Shown here piece after piece: positions 40,901 through 50,177 of a stretch of DNA of 64,000 nt. Every line of letters starts with the position of its first letter. Position 1 is the first letter of the stretch. Source of the stretch: a bacterium (GTDB lineage Bacteria; Zhuqueibacterota; Zhuqueibacteria; Residuimicrobiales; Krinioviventaceae); the NCBI GenBank assembly GCA_963675755.2, contig CAXXMD010000003.1:992001-1056000 (forward strand), in the 5' to 3' direction. Both the position numbers and the translations under genes were made by a program. The notes beneath the pieces were generated by a model, which was not told the DNA's origin, searched no databases, and worked only from the letters and a program-made list of their open reading frames with translations.

Positions 40901-43900
40901 TTTCAGTTGAAACAGAAACCGGAAATCTTTCCGGAAATATGCAATGGTTTTACGACTTGACCGCATCTGGCAATGGTTTTGTAGCCGTTCCCTCATATCT
41001 AGGCGGTTCAGGCAGTGCCGAACTTCAAGTTGAAACAGCTGAAGCGGACCAGTTCTCGGTATGGGTGCGTTTTGCGAACGCACAGGCATCAGATCAGGTA
41101 ACCGTGGCAATTGACGATTACCAGGCAAAAACCCTGACGCTCTCTTCCCAGGAAGGTTGGCAATGGGTGCAAATACAGGAAAACAGCGTTGCGTATTTAT
41201 ACAATCTGGAACAGGGTTCACATTCCATTACCCTGGATATCAATAGCGGCAGACCCCACATTGATAAATTATTATTCACCACCGATGTCAATTATGTGCC
41301 TACCGGTGCTGAAGAAGGAGAAAATGAATCTCCTAATCTTACCGATCGTGAAGGTTTAGCTCGTCGTTTTGTTGAACTGGGACAAACAGCCGGTGAAATT
41401 ATTGTTGAAGCATCTCTATCCTATAACGGATCACCAGTTGATGGCAGTCCTGTTCAATTCAGCTTGTCCGCGCTTCCCGGTACCCCGGTTACCATTGAAA
41501 AGACATCTGGTGATGCACAGGCGGGTGATATAAACGTTCCTCTTGATGAGCCTTTTGTCGTAACCATCAAAGACGCATTCGGCAACCCCATCCCTGATTT
41601 TCAGGTCGTATTTTTAGTACTTTCAGGCGGTGGTGTAATAGACAACAACGCGGTGAATACTGATGAGCTGGGTCAGGCAAGCGCAACCTTGACTCCTGGT
41701 AGCGCAAGCGGATTGCAGCAGGTACAGGCTATTGCGGAAGGTGTTCCCGGCTCTCCAGTAACATTTACAGCAGCTATTCGGGGTGTTGCCAGTGATATGG
41801 AATATGTTTCCGGTAACAATCAAACCGGCAAAGTATTGGAATTTCTGGCTGATCCCATTCAGGTCAAAGTGCTGGAAGAAAATGGCGGCCCCGCAATTGG
41901 TTACCAGGTGAATTTTGCGGTATTGAGTGATACCGGCGGCGTTGTAGATTCTACCACATATGCTGCTATTCAACAAGGTGCTACAGTCCAGGCAGACTCT
42001 TCAACACAGATCCTTACCAATGTAAACGGTATAGCAAAGGGTTACTGGCTATTGGGTAAAACCGCGGGTACAACAAGCATGCAAGTCAACGCAGGAGAGA
42101 TAAACGGATCTCCTATAACAGTTAATGCAACTGCAACCGCAGGAAATCCCGCAGTAATATTGCAGATATCCGGTAACGGTCAAACTGCAGCAGTAAACCA
42201 TTCTTTACCTGAACCTCTGGTTGTACGTATTAATGACAAATATGGTAATCCCATATCCGGTCATTCGGTTGTCTTTACTGCTGAAAATGGAGGTGGTTTT
42301 GACGGCAGCACCCAAATTGTAGCTCAAACCAGCAACCTGGGTGACGCAAAAGCCGAATTTTCAACCGGCGAAACCGCAGGAACAGATATTTACGAAATTA
42401 ACGCCAGCGCTTCATACAATGGCAGTGAAATACCCGGATCACCGGTAACCTTTCTGGCCTCTGCCACATCGGGAAGTGCTGCTAATGCATATAAAATTTC
42501 AGGAGACGCACAGACTGATACCGTTGGGCATGTACTAAAACAGCCGTTCAGGGTAAGAGTCACTGACAGTTATAACAACCCGGTTGAAGGATTTGAAGTT
42601 AGATTCTGGGTTGAAAACGGTAACGGTTCTTTTAACGGACAGGATATTGATACTCAGGTTACCAATGCAAACGGATATGCTTCTATCGATTTCACTTTGG
42701 ATGAAAAAGCGGGACAAAATCAGGTCCAGGCTGTCTTTGCCGGCTTGTCTCCGGAAGTTATTGCATTTTCCGCAACCGGTGTGCACGATGTTCCTCAAAA
42801 ACTACTTTATGTATCGGGTGATGATCAAAGCGGAGTTCGGGGAACCCGGTTAAATCAGCCTTTCCAGATCAGAATTACAGATGTGTTTGAAAATCCCGTT
42901 CAAGACCATCCCGTAAGCTATGAAGTTACCAGCGAATTGGGTGAAATAGATGGATTAAGCTCGTTCAACACCAGTACAGATGAATTGGGCCTAGCGCGTG
43001 CATATCTCACCCTGGGTGAAGACCTGGGTGATTCAAACCATGTGGTTACTGTGTCCAGTGAATATATTGGCCAGGAATTGGATGGCAGCCCTTATACATT
43101 TTATGCATCTGTTAAACGTGGCAATCCCGCTCGAATCATACCTATTACCAGTACAAGCGGTTTGATTGGTGCACCAGGGCAGGTTCTGCCAGACACTATT
43201 TTTGTCAAAGTGGTTGATACAGACAACCTGTCAATACCCAATTTTACGATAAAATATTCTATTCTCACAGGCAACGGCCGGTTCGAAGCAAATGATAAAG
43301 ACACCTTGTCCGTACAAACTGATTCCAGAGGTATAGCGTATGCGGTTTGGCGTCTGGGTGACTATCAGGATGCACAACAAATCTCAGTTTCTGCAATTTA
43401 TGAATCTGAACATCTGGAAAACTCGCCTCTCAGCTTTAGCGCTTATGCAGTTTCTTCCGGTGCTGAAGATCTGGTTTATGAAGCAGGAAACAATCAGACC
43501 GGAATGGTGGGGCAGGCACTGCCTACTCCGCTTGCAGTCAAAATCAAAGATGGACTGGGTTTTCCCGTATCCAACCATCCCGTAACATTTACGGTAAAGG
43601 GTGGATCCGGAACCGTTGGTACAAGATCTGACACTCTGGTCCACACAAATGAGAACGGCATTGCCAGCGTTATCTTTACTCTGGGAAGTGAAATGGGTGA
43701 CAATTTACACACCGTAGAAGCCAGATCTTCCAATAAAGGTACTGCATTAACTGGTTCACCCTATTTATTTACCGCATCAGGTGAAGCAGGTATTACGGAT
43801 GCAGCCCTTTCCACCATGAGCGCTGAATCTCCAATTCCGGCATCCGGTGACGCTTTTTCTTCTGTTCTTGTTAAATTAAAAGATATATATGGAAATGCTC

Positions 43901-46446
43901 TTGCCAACAGAACAGTCACCCTTTCTCAACAGGGTGTTAACACCACAATTACACCATCAACGGGCACAACCAATGAAAGCGGTACGTTTGGCGCGCTGGT
44001 GTCTTCAGTTACTCCGGGTACTGTTACACTGACAGCCGCAGCAGATGGTGTAGAACTGGATCAAACTGTAAACATTTCCTTCTTTTCAACTGATGCGTCA
44101 AAACTCACACGCATTAGTGATTCGGATATCATCGCCTTTCCGGGATCATTCCTTGCTGAACCACTCACTGTCAAAGTAACGGATAGCAGCAATCAACCGG
44201 TTGCCAACTATCCCATTACTTTTCAGTCTGAAAATACAGATATTGCCTTTGAATACAGCCAACCGGTTTATACAGATGAAGATGGCCTTGCCTCATGCAA
44301 TGTTCAGGTATGCCCAGAGCCCTGCGAACTGACTGTACAAGCGGTAGCAGGTGGTTTAACCGGAAGCCCCATGTCATTCAGCATTTATGTAATGATGCCG
44401 GAAAATCTCTCCGTTTATAAAATCAGCGGCGACAATCAAACCGGTCCTCTGGGACAATCATTATCTGAGCCGGTGGTAGTTCAGATCAAAGATGGTGACA
44501 ACAGACCCGCCGGTAACATGGGTATTCTGTTTTCATCAGAAAACACAGATGTTGCACAGGTTGATAGCGGTACGGTAAAAACCGCAGCTGATGGCAACGC
44601 CCAAACCACGATCAGTCTGGGTACCAAATCCGGACAAACTCAAATCACTGCCCGTATGGTTGGTACCAGCAAGCAGGTTACTTTTACTGTCTCTGCTACC
44701 TCAGATCAGGCTCAAAACCTTGCGCTTGCATCGGAGAATCCGCAATCAGTCAATGTCACTGAATCACTGGCATCTCCACTTTCTGTCAAAATCACTGATG
44801 ATGCCGGCAATGGCGTTGCAGACCGCGATGTTGTATTCAAGCTTATCAGCGGACCCGGTGAACTTGAAGGCGATACAACACAAACCAGCAATGCCTCGGG
44901 CTTAGCATCCATCGGGTTTACTGCAAGCACAACAAGCGGTACATCTCTTGTTAGAGCTGTCAGCGCTTCTGTTCCGGGTGATACCGTATGGTTTACAATC
45001 AAATGTCTGCCTGACGATGCCACAAGTATGGAAATTGCGGCTGGTAACAACCAAACCGGCATTGCAGGTCATAGATTAAACAATAAACTGTCAGTATTGG
45101 TCAGTGATCAGTATGGCAATGGTGTGCCTCAGGTAATGATTACATTCAGGGCCGCACAAGGCAGCATCGAACCGGACTCTATCGCCGTTAGTGATTCAAC
45201 CGGTCACGCCAAAGCAAGCTGGGTATTGGGAGCAAGTGCCACAACCCAAAGTGTTACAGCCATTAAAAACGGACTTGATAATTCTCCACTACAGTTTCAA
45301 GCCCAGGTATTGTCAAACAGTGCGCCTACCATTGCCATTTCAACGACAGATCTGACAGTTGCCGAAAACGACAGTATGAAATTTACGGTTCAGATTACAG
45401 ACGCCGAAAATGACAGTTTTACGGTTAATGTACAGGGCTTACCTGACGGTGCCGAATTTAATGCAAATGGCGTTTATAAATTTGCTTGGCTGCCCACTTA
45501 TTCACAGGCAGGGACATATGATATTAAATTCACAGCCACAGATACGCTGGGTGCAACAAGTCAAAAATTTATTCAATTAACCGTTACAAATGCAAACCGT
45601 AAACCGGTAATTGATCTGAATTCAAGTCTGCCTGTGGCCCATGTATTGGGAACTATTACTAAAGGTCAATCTATTGACTTTTATGTCAAAGCCACAGATG
45701 CTGATAATGATCCGCTCAACTATATCTGGTTGGTTAACAACGAAGCAAAAGCAACCACAGCTGAATACAAACTGCAAACCCAGAATCTCGACATCGGAAG
45801 TCTTACAGTTACAGCCTTGGTATTTGATCAACAGGATACTGTAAAAACCGCATGGATTGCTTCAATAACAACCGCAATTGAGCTGAAAGACTTTGCAGGT
45901 GTATTCAAGAATTTTGACGGTGTAGAACTGAACTGGAGCACACGACGTGAAACCGACAACAGCGGTTTTTATGTTCAACGAGCAACACAAAAAGCAGGCC
46001 CGTTTGAGACGGTAAGCAGTTTGATACCGTCAAACGAAAAAGGCACATATACCTTTACTGATCAGGAAGTTCAGGCAGGTAAAACGTATTATTACCGCCT
46101 TGAAGACCTACAGACAGATGGCAGCCGTACAACACATGAAATGATTACGGTTGAACCACCGCTTCCAAAATCATTTACACTGCATCAGAATTATCCGAAT
46201 CCGTTCAACCCGTCTACTACTATACGGTTTGAAACGCCAAAACCTTCCAAAATTACGCTGGTAGTCTATGACATTCTTGGACGTACGGTTAAAACGCTGA
46301 TCAATGATCGTATTGAGCCAGGTTACCATATCTCTAAATGGAACGGCACCAATGCACAGGATCTTATTGTTGCGGCAGGCGTTTACTATATGGTCTTGAA
46401 TACGGAAGAAGGTCGGTTTGTGAAAAAACTCGCGCTGGTTAAATAA
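37999..46446 (+). CDS. Giant secreted surface protein: SGNH hydrolase, FG-GAP/ASPIC-UnbV propeller, CBM-like insert, about 13 Big_1-type Ig repeats, cadherin/PKD-like domains, FlgD-Ig/T9SS-A-like CTD
   Basis: GDSIT, GTND and DMMHP (SGNH blocks); multiple DxDNDGDxD; (S/A)G.(N/A/D)Q.G...L..P..V.V.D..GNP repeats; LHQNYPNPFNPSTTI. True start may be TTG 38011 (GGAG SD). Confidence 0.88.
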   Translation: MERQLKLKHIVAILIIYAIQPLYSAAIPQGENAEPPFNGGVEYHNIDNINTNQRAISFRSLDNGLKDQLSEKGIAVSGSDNFSQITIQLNSAQTLAGKIDLTLDRNLSISPDNPLPAYIFVKGKTGYKLVSTETFNLDGSLSSIFGGQYTDEITVLVPQMESDAPSQIIASANVGEIINDDAVKIMLLGDSITWGEYDNAEEGLRKRLYERLTNAGYNFDFVGSWGEAPYEGHFRFSQKIDDFYPPDLLGGDHGNMDVTNPMNNHRPNIVAFHLGTNDLNSQYKDVGPYEENGEIINTQSGEVAVLIDYLLKWHNGEFGENLDYIIVSLIIPMEDTARSGTLEKCIEFNKEVARLARDYRNGVLTGQPEPVYICDHFSRLQENPYIWTNEYFDPMYDMMHPTKEGLDTMGDTYFDVFNYILSGETKWFRDITWYADVAGFADKYHSYKGVSLVDINQDGYDDIYVTRTAKGDADPRDAFYLSNPQLPYTESAFDYHIEDEEKSNSSVFVDIDNDGDFDMFNGSTTDSPNHLYLNQDNQDFEDISTLAGILNQIKTTTSTLAFDAENDGDMDILAINSEALNEYYVNDGNGSFTSTASNLRDVVEAGKYSISASAADFDNDGDVDIFLSKRETNNKLWLNDGAGNFSDVAEFAGVEGNYVSLNHNGASWADLDNDADLDLILGVSHTSSTPDPYLQVYENQGDGTFDNISNSLAIPMDGLAPIIGDFNNDGWEDILITSVADYSGLYLNQGNWTFAKENNSGTEVYAGDMRGGAPFDYDLDGDLDLIITRADVFNVMMQNNLSNGYNWLRVNAYGPDGNIGGYGTKIWVYESGHVDDADYLLSYREITSGAGYFSQYSPTQHIGMELHSQCDLLARFTDGTMVVMRNVAANQTITIRPEIPQNTGTDPALLAEYSGNNQEKIVGQTLDNPIVVKVTDDEGRPVEGSSVAFQVIEGDATLFIPDLTTDAISVETETGNLSGNMQWFYDLTASGNGFVAVPSYLGGSGSAELQVETAEADQFSVWVRFANAQASDQVTVAIDDYQAKTLTLSSQEGWQWVQIQENSVAYLYNLEQGSHSITLDINSGRPHIDKLLFTTDVNYVPTGAEEGENESPNLTDREGLARRFVELGQTAGEIIVEASLSYNGSPVDGSPVQFSLSALPGTPVTIEKTSGDAQAGDINVPLDEPFVVTIKDAFGNPIPDFQVVFLVLSGGGVIDNNAVNTDELGQASATLTPGSASGLQQVQAIAEGVPGSPVTFTAAIRGVASDMEYVSGNNQTGKVLEFLADPIQVKVLEENGGPAIGYQVNFAVLSDTGGVVDSTTYAAIQQGATVQADSSTQILTNVNGIAKGYWLLGKTAGTTSMQVNAGEINGSPITVNATATAGNPAVILQISGNGQTAAVNHSLPEPLVVRINDKYGNPISGHSVVFTAENGGGFDGSTQIVAQTSNLGDAKAEFSTGETAGTDIYEINASASYNGSEIPGSPVTFLASATSGSAANAYKISGDAQTDTVGHVLKQPFRVRVTDSYNNPVEGFEVRFWVENGNGSFNGQDIDTQVTNANGYASIDFTLDEKAGQNQVQAVFAGLSPEVIAFSATGVHDVPQKLLYVSGDDQSGVRGTRLNQPFQIRITDVFENPVQDHPVSYEVTSELGEIDGLSSFNTSTDELGLARAYLTLGEDLGDSNHVVTVSSEYIGQELDGSPYTFYASVKRGNPARIIPITSTSGLIGAPGQVLPDTIFVKVVDTDNLSIPNFTIKYSILTGNGRFEANDKDTLSVQTDSRGIAYAVWRLGDYQDAQQISVSAIYESEHLENSPLSFSAYAVSSGAEDLVYEAGNNQTGMVGQALPTPLAVKIKDGLGFPVSNHPVTFTVKGGSGTVGTRSDTLVHTNENGIASVIFTLGSEMGDNLHTVEARSSNKGTALTGSPYLFTASGEAGITDAALSTMSAESPIPASGDAFSSVLVKLKDIYGNALANRTVTLSQQGVNTTITPSTGTTNESGTFGALVSSVTPGTVTLTAAADGVELDQTVNISFFSTDASKLTRISDSDIIAFPGSFLAEPLTVKVTDSSNQPVANYPITFQSENTDIAFEYSQPVYTDEDGLASCNVQVCPEPCELTVQAVAGGLTGSPMSFSIYVMMPENLSVYKISGDNQTGPLGQSLSEPVVVQIKDGDNRPAGNMGILFSSENTDVAQVDSGTVKTAADGNAQTTISLGTKSGQTQITARMVGTSKQVTFTVSATSDQAQNLALASENPQSVNVTESLASPLSVKITDDAGNGVADRDVVFKLISGPGELEGDTTQTSNASGLASIGFTASTTSGTSLVRAVSASVPGDTVWFTIKCLPDDATSMEIAAGNNQTGIAGHRLNNKLSVLVSDQYGNGVPQVMITFRAAQGSIEPDSIAVSDSTGHAKASWVLGASATTQSVTAIKNGLDNSPLQFQAQVLSNSAPTIAISTTDLTVAENDSMKFTVQITDAENDSFTVNVQGLPDGAEFNANGVYKFAWLPTYSQAGTYDIKFTATDTLGATSQKFIQLTVTNANRKPVIDLNSSLPVAHVLGTITKGQSIDFYVKATDADNDPLNYIWLVNNEAKATTAEYKLQTQNLDIGSLTVTALVFDQQDTVKTAWIASITTAIELKDFAGVFKNFDGVELNWSTRRETDNSGFYVQRATQKAGPFETVSSLIPSNEKGTYTFTDQEVQAGKTYYYRLEDLQTDGSRTTHEMITVEPPLPKSFTLHQNYPNPFNPSTTIRFETPKPSKITLVVYDILGRTVKTLINDRIEPGYHISKWNGTNAQDLIVAAGVYYMVLNTEEGRFVKKLALVK

Positions 46447-46477
46447 AACTGGACTTGAACACTAGATTTGATATTAC

Positions 46478-46514
46478 AATCCGTCCGGGACCTCGGTTTT
46501 GGACGGATTTTTTT
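46478..46514 (+). terminator. Intrinsic terminator
   Basis: AATCCGTCC...GGACGGATT followed by a T-run. Confidence 0.8.
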
Positions 46515-46545
46515 ATCCCCAAACTAAATATGAACAACTGGTAAA

Positions 46546-47220
46546 TCACTCTAGATTATACTCGAGGCTCATAAACTCGGCACTGTCATACTGCAGTAAA
46601 TATTCATCTGCGTCACCATTTGGCAGCGTTATCAATAGAATATACTGATCAATTTCTCCCCAAGCATCTCCTGCCTTGTCCAATTGTACCCAAACATTAT
46701 ATAATCGAACAAATGGTGCACTTTCCAGGCCCGTTTCTTCTTCAAAATAGATTATTTTTAATTCCAGCCCCTCGTATGAAGCGGTATCATCAGAAAATTG
46801 TGCTTTAAAGTTTAAATTACCAGCCGCAGATTGTTGTGACCTTCCCTGCCACTTGCTATCCAGTCTTCGGAATCCTTTATAATTCTCATAGAACATCTGC
46901 CCGTCAACCAATCCATTACGAAAATAAACGGCAAGATCATTCAGACTTTTCTGGTAAAAGTTCATCAACCCGTCACGGGATTCATCTTCAATCCCACTGA
47001 ACCCGACGGACAACCAGGGTGAAAAGTATACACGAACCGGACCCGTTTGGTATGCACTGTAATCTTTGCCCTGGTAATACCTTACATTTTCTGAAACCGG
47101 TACAAGATGATCAAGCTTTTCAACCATTTGAATACCACCCGCGCAATGCAGCATCATCAAAGCCACACTCAACCAGGCGCCGAACAAGGTAATTCGACTG
47201 ACAAATTTTAAACCATACAT
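46546..47220 (-). CDS. Hypothetical protein, possible lipoprotein
   Basis: 224-aa ORF with hydrophobic N-terminus ending ...MLHC; no family recognised. Confidence 0.55.
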   Translation of the reverse strand: MYGLKFVSRITLFGAWLSVALMMLHCAGGIQMVEKLDHLVPVSENVRYYQGKDYSAYQTGPVRVYFSPWLSVGFSGIEDESRDGLMNFYQKSLNDLAVYFRNGLVDGQMFYENYKGFRRLDSKWQGRSQQSAAGNLNFKAQFSDDTASYEGLELKIIYFEEETGLESAPFVRLYNVWVQLDKAGDAWGEIDQYILLITLPNGDADEYLLQYDSAEFMSLEYNLE

Positions 47221-47394
47221 CTGGGGATCTTTCGATTCGAAATCAATTGTATATGAAATTAATTACCAGAGTTGACATGATGAAACAAAAAAAATCGCAA
47301 CTGGATTAATGACCAATATTTTACAGTATTGACTAATTTGCCAATATAAATCAGATTATCTAATAATACTAAACCCCATGAAAAAAAGCAAAAC

Positions 47395-47427
47395 AAAAAA
47401 GCACCTGTCTTGAACAGACAGGTGCTT
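47395..47427 (-). terminator. Intrinsic terminator
   Basis: AAGCACCTGTCT-TGAAC-AGACAGGTGCTT 12-bp stem with U-tract on the minus strand. Confidence 0.85.
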
Positions 47428-47433
47428 GATAAA

Positions 47434-48453
47434 TTATTTGCCCTGCAATTTATAATTTGAAGGGACCTCAAACTTGTCTGCGGATATATTGCCGGTTTTA
47501 ATATTTGTTACTTCATAAGAAGATTGGAACAACATTTTGTTTCCACCTTCAGATTTGGGCGCAACTTTTTTCTCTGCCATTTTTGACAATTTCTTGCCAA
47601 AGAATCCACCCAACGCACCGCCAACATCAGTTACATCTACATCATTACTTTCCTGGCTCTCTTGTTCCTGAGCGGCAGCTTGTTCCGAGGCATAAGCATT
47701 GGTAGTTACTGTATATTCCAAATCCATTTTCAGGGGATATCCTTTGATTTCGCCCATGGAATCCTGCAATTGAGAAGCTTGTTCCTTAAATGCCTGCATG
47801 AACTGGGCCATACCGCGATCTGAAGAAAAATCAAACCCTAATGCTTCTGCCAGTCTTTTTTCAAAATCAGCAGCTTTTTGCAATTCACTGGAAGTGATAG
47901 TACTGTTCCAGAAATTGCCCTTGAACAACATGGTGTCCAGCTTGCCGGTTTGTTTATGTGTTCCAATGGTCATAATCGTAGCCAGATAATGGTCACATTT
48001 AATCCCACTAATACTAATGGTCTCGCCTGTTTTTTTAACTTCAATAACAGGTTCCTGCCATTCATATTCTGACTCTATCTCTTCCTGTTCCTGTTGTTCG
48101 GGCATGTCATACATGGATTTACCGGATTCAAACAATTCCTTCATTTCTGCAAAAGTTGTTTCTGTATATTTTTTATCTTGATCAGTAAAATTCCACATTA
48201 ATTGTTTATCAAGACGGGTAATATCAATTGTAGTTCCTTTAGGGCTGAAATGCTTCATTATCGCACCCGTAAATTTCAATTGAGTTTCCGAACGCTTTGC
48301 ATCTCCCTGTACCATTACTTTACTTGTTGAGGTAAAACCTCCCATGCCATAAAATCCGGCACTACTTGCTTTTGACTCGATGGTAACTTGTGCGGATACT
48401 GCTGCAAAAAGTACTACCAACAACAATGCAGTAACGTTCAATACAGCTCTCAT
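47434..48453 (-). CDS. Exported DUF4412-like protein
   Basis: Signal peptide; ITRLDK...KKY.E, KTGET.SISG.KC, GYPLK, GGALGGFFGKK, FEVPSNYK. Confidence 0.65.
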   Translation of the reverse strand: MRAVLNVTALLLVVLFAAVSAQVTIESKASSAGFYGMGGFTSTSKVMVQGDAKRSETQLKFTGAIMKHFSPKGTTIDITRLDKQLMWNFTDQDKKYTETTFAEMKELFESGKSMYDMPEQQEQEEIESEYEWQEPVIEVKKTGETISISGIKCDHYLATIMTIGTHKQTGKLDTMLFKGNFWNSTITSSELQKAADFEKRLAEALGFDFSSDRGMAQFMQAFKEQASQLQDSMGEIKGYPLKMDLEYTVTTNAYASEQAAAQEQESQESNDVDVTDVGGALGGFFGKKLSKMAEKKVAPKSEGGNKMLFQSSYEVTNIKTGNISADKFEVPSNYKLQGK

Positions 48454-48588
48454 TTTGACTCCTATTTGTTTTTTTCATTGAATTAATTATATTTACATAC
48501 TACCAGAGTATAGTTTTAACAGAATTATAAAACAATTTATGCCCGTAGCAAATAAACAAAATTTTTATCATTTCAAAGTTAATTTTTT

Positions 48589-49482
48589 ATGAAAAATGCT
48601 GAAAATAAAATTATTTCTATCAATCCCCAAGAGCATGGCAACGCGGTTAACCGGTTTATTCAACATTTTGATCTGAAACCAGGCAAACCTGAAATCGATT
48701 ACCTGCAATCCATCTTGCAGCACTTTTCTTCCCTGCCCTATGAAAATATTAGCAAAATCGTCAAGCTTTCTAACGACTTTACCTCCAATGAACGCATACG
48801 CCTGCCGGAAGAAGTCATGGATGACCATGCCCATTATCATTTGGGCGGTACCTGTTTTTCATTAACTTTTTTTCTGCAATCCATTCTAATGGACCAGGGT
48901 TTTAACTGTTACCCGGTAATTGGCAGCATGCACAACCAGCCAAACGCTCACTGCGCACTGGTTGTGAATCTCAATAAAAAACAATACCTTGTAGACCCTG
49001 GCTATCTGTTAACAACACCCATGGAACTGAACAAAGACCGCCCCCGTATTTACAAAACACCCCAGTCTGGTGTAGAGTTGGTTTTCAATCAAAATAACGA
49101 GCATTATTTCCTTTGCACATTTGACCGAAATTTAAGTAAATGGCGTTACTTTTTTCAGAATGAACCGGTTTCTTTCAACATGTTTTTGCAATTCTGGTAC
49201 GATTCTTTCTACAAAAGTTCAATGCATGGTATCTGTATGACAAAGATCCGTAATAACGGTCTGGTCTATCTCCATAAGGATCTGCTACAAATATCAAATT
49301 ATGAAGGCAAGCAAAAGCAGCGGATTAAAAACAATTATCATCAAATTGTACAAGAAATATTCGGCATTGAACCGCAGCTCGTGGAAAAAGCACTGTACGC
49401 GATAAAGTTGAATATTGAACAACAGAAGCATTTGGGACTGTTTCAAAAAAACGAAAGGACTTTTCTGAGTGAAACCGATTGA
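48589..49482 (+). CDS. Arylamine N-acetyltransferase family protein
   Basis: LPYENI, GGTCF (Cys), HCALVV (His), YLVDPG (Asp). Confidence 0.8.
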   Translation: MKNAENKIISINPQEHGNAVNRFIQHFDLKPGKPEIDYLQSILQHFSSLPYENISKIVKLSNDFTSNERIRLPEEVMDDHAHYHLGGTCFSLTFFLQSILMDQGFNCYPVIGSMHNQPNAHCALVVNLNKKQYLVDPGYLLTTPMELNKDRPRIYKTPQSGVELVFNQNNEHYFLCTFDRNLSKWRYFFQNEPVSFNMFLQFWYDSFYKSSMHGICMTKIRNNGLVYLHKDLLQISNYEGKQKQRIKNNYHQIVQEIFGIEPQLVEKALYAIKLNIEQQKHLGLFQKNERTFLSETD

Positions 49483-49987
49483 ACCGCATCCGGTAAAACT
49501 GATTATAGGTGTATTATATAGCGATTCGGAACTCTGGAAACGCGCCCGTGAAAAAATGACAGACAATTATGGTCCCATTGATCACCAGACAAAAGATTTC
49601 CCTTTTGATAGTACACATTACTATGATCCGGAAATGGGCTCACCTATTTACCGGATCTTTTGTGGTTTTCAAATCCTCATTAATCCCGGAAGACTGGCAG
49701 ACATAAAAATTCAATGCAACGATATTGAAGACGCTCTGGCTGTAGACAATAACCGAAAAATCAATCTGGACCCCGGTTATCTGGATTATGACAAGTTTGT
49801 CCTGGCATCCGCAAAGTACAAAGGGCACAAGATTTACCTGAACCAGGGAATCTATGCAGATCCCACTCTCCATTATGAAAAAGGTCACTATATTCCCGGC
49901 GAATACTGCTTTCCTGATTTTAAAAGCGGTATTTATGAAAATGACTTTTTAAACTTTCGAACCCTGCTAAAAAATGCCTTAAAATAG
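49469..49987 (+). CDS. DUF4416-family protein
   Basis: PVKLIIG, T.YY..EMG, R.INLDPGY....VLAS.K...H.IYL..GIYA, FPDF. Confidence 0.8.
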   Translation: MKPIEPHPVKLIIGVLYSDSELWKRAREKMTDNYGPIDHQTKDFPFDSTHYYDPEMGSPIYRIFCGFQILINPGRLADIKIQCNDIEDALAVDNNRKINLDPGYLDYDKFVLASAKYKGHKIYLNQGIYADPTLHYEKGHYIPGEYCFPDFKSGIYENDFLNFRTLLKNALK

Positions 49988-50015
49988 CCTCAGTAACATT
50001 TTCTTTTACCATAGA

Positions 50016-50031
50016 TGGAATAATTCTTGCT
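50016..50031 (+). promoter_or_regulatory. sigma54-type -24/-12 promoter upstream of the TPR gene
   Basis: TGGAATAATTCTTGCT = GG-N10-GC with TTGCT. Confidence 0.6.
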
Positions 50032-50177
50032 TTTATGGGATTATTAAATGTACAGGGAAAAGGCCAAGGTCTTAACTCTATTGATTTATTGGTGTTACAA
50101 CTGCCCCACATTTGCCTCACTGACTGATAAATTTCCCCGTACAGACAATATTACCTAAATTATTGGAGAGATATACC

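Noticed and set aside
40730-45320. Repeats in the giant gene as a possible CRISPR or tandem DNA repeat
   Set aside because: Repetition is at the protein level (diverged Ig domains); no identical nucleotide repeats with spacers were seen.
47253-47268. Minus-strand TGGTAATTAATTTCAT as a sigma54 promoter
   Set aside because: It lacks the highly conserved G at -13, and a good sigma70 promoter is present upstream.
50090-50105. Second GG-N10-GC (TGGTGTTACAACTGCC) upstream of the TPR gene
   Set aside because: Poorer flanks (CTGC, no A at -22) than the site at 50016, and it lies inside the predicted leader structure.
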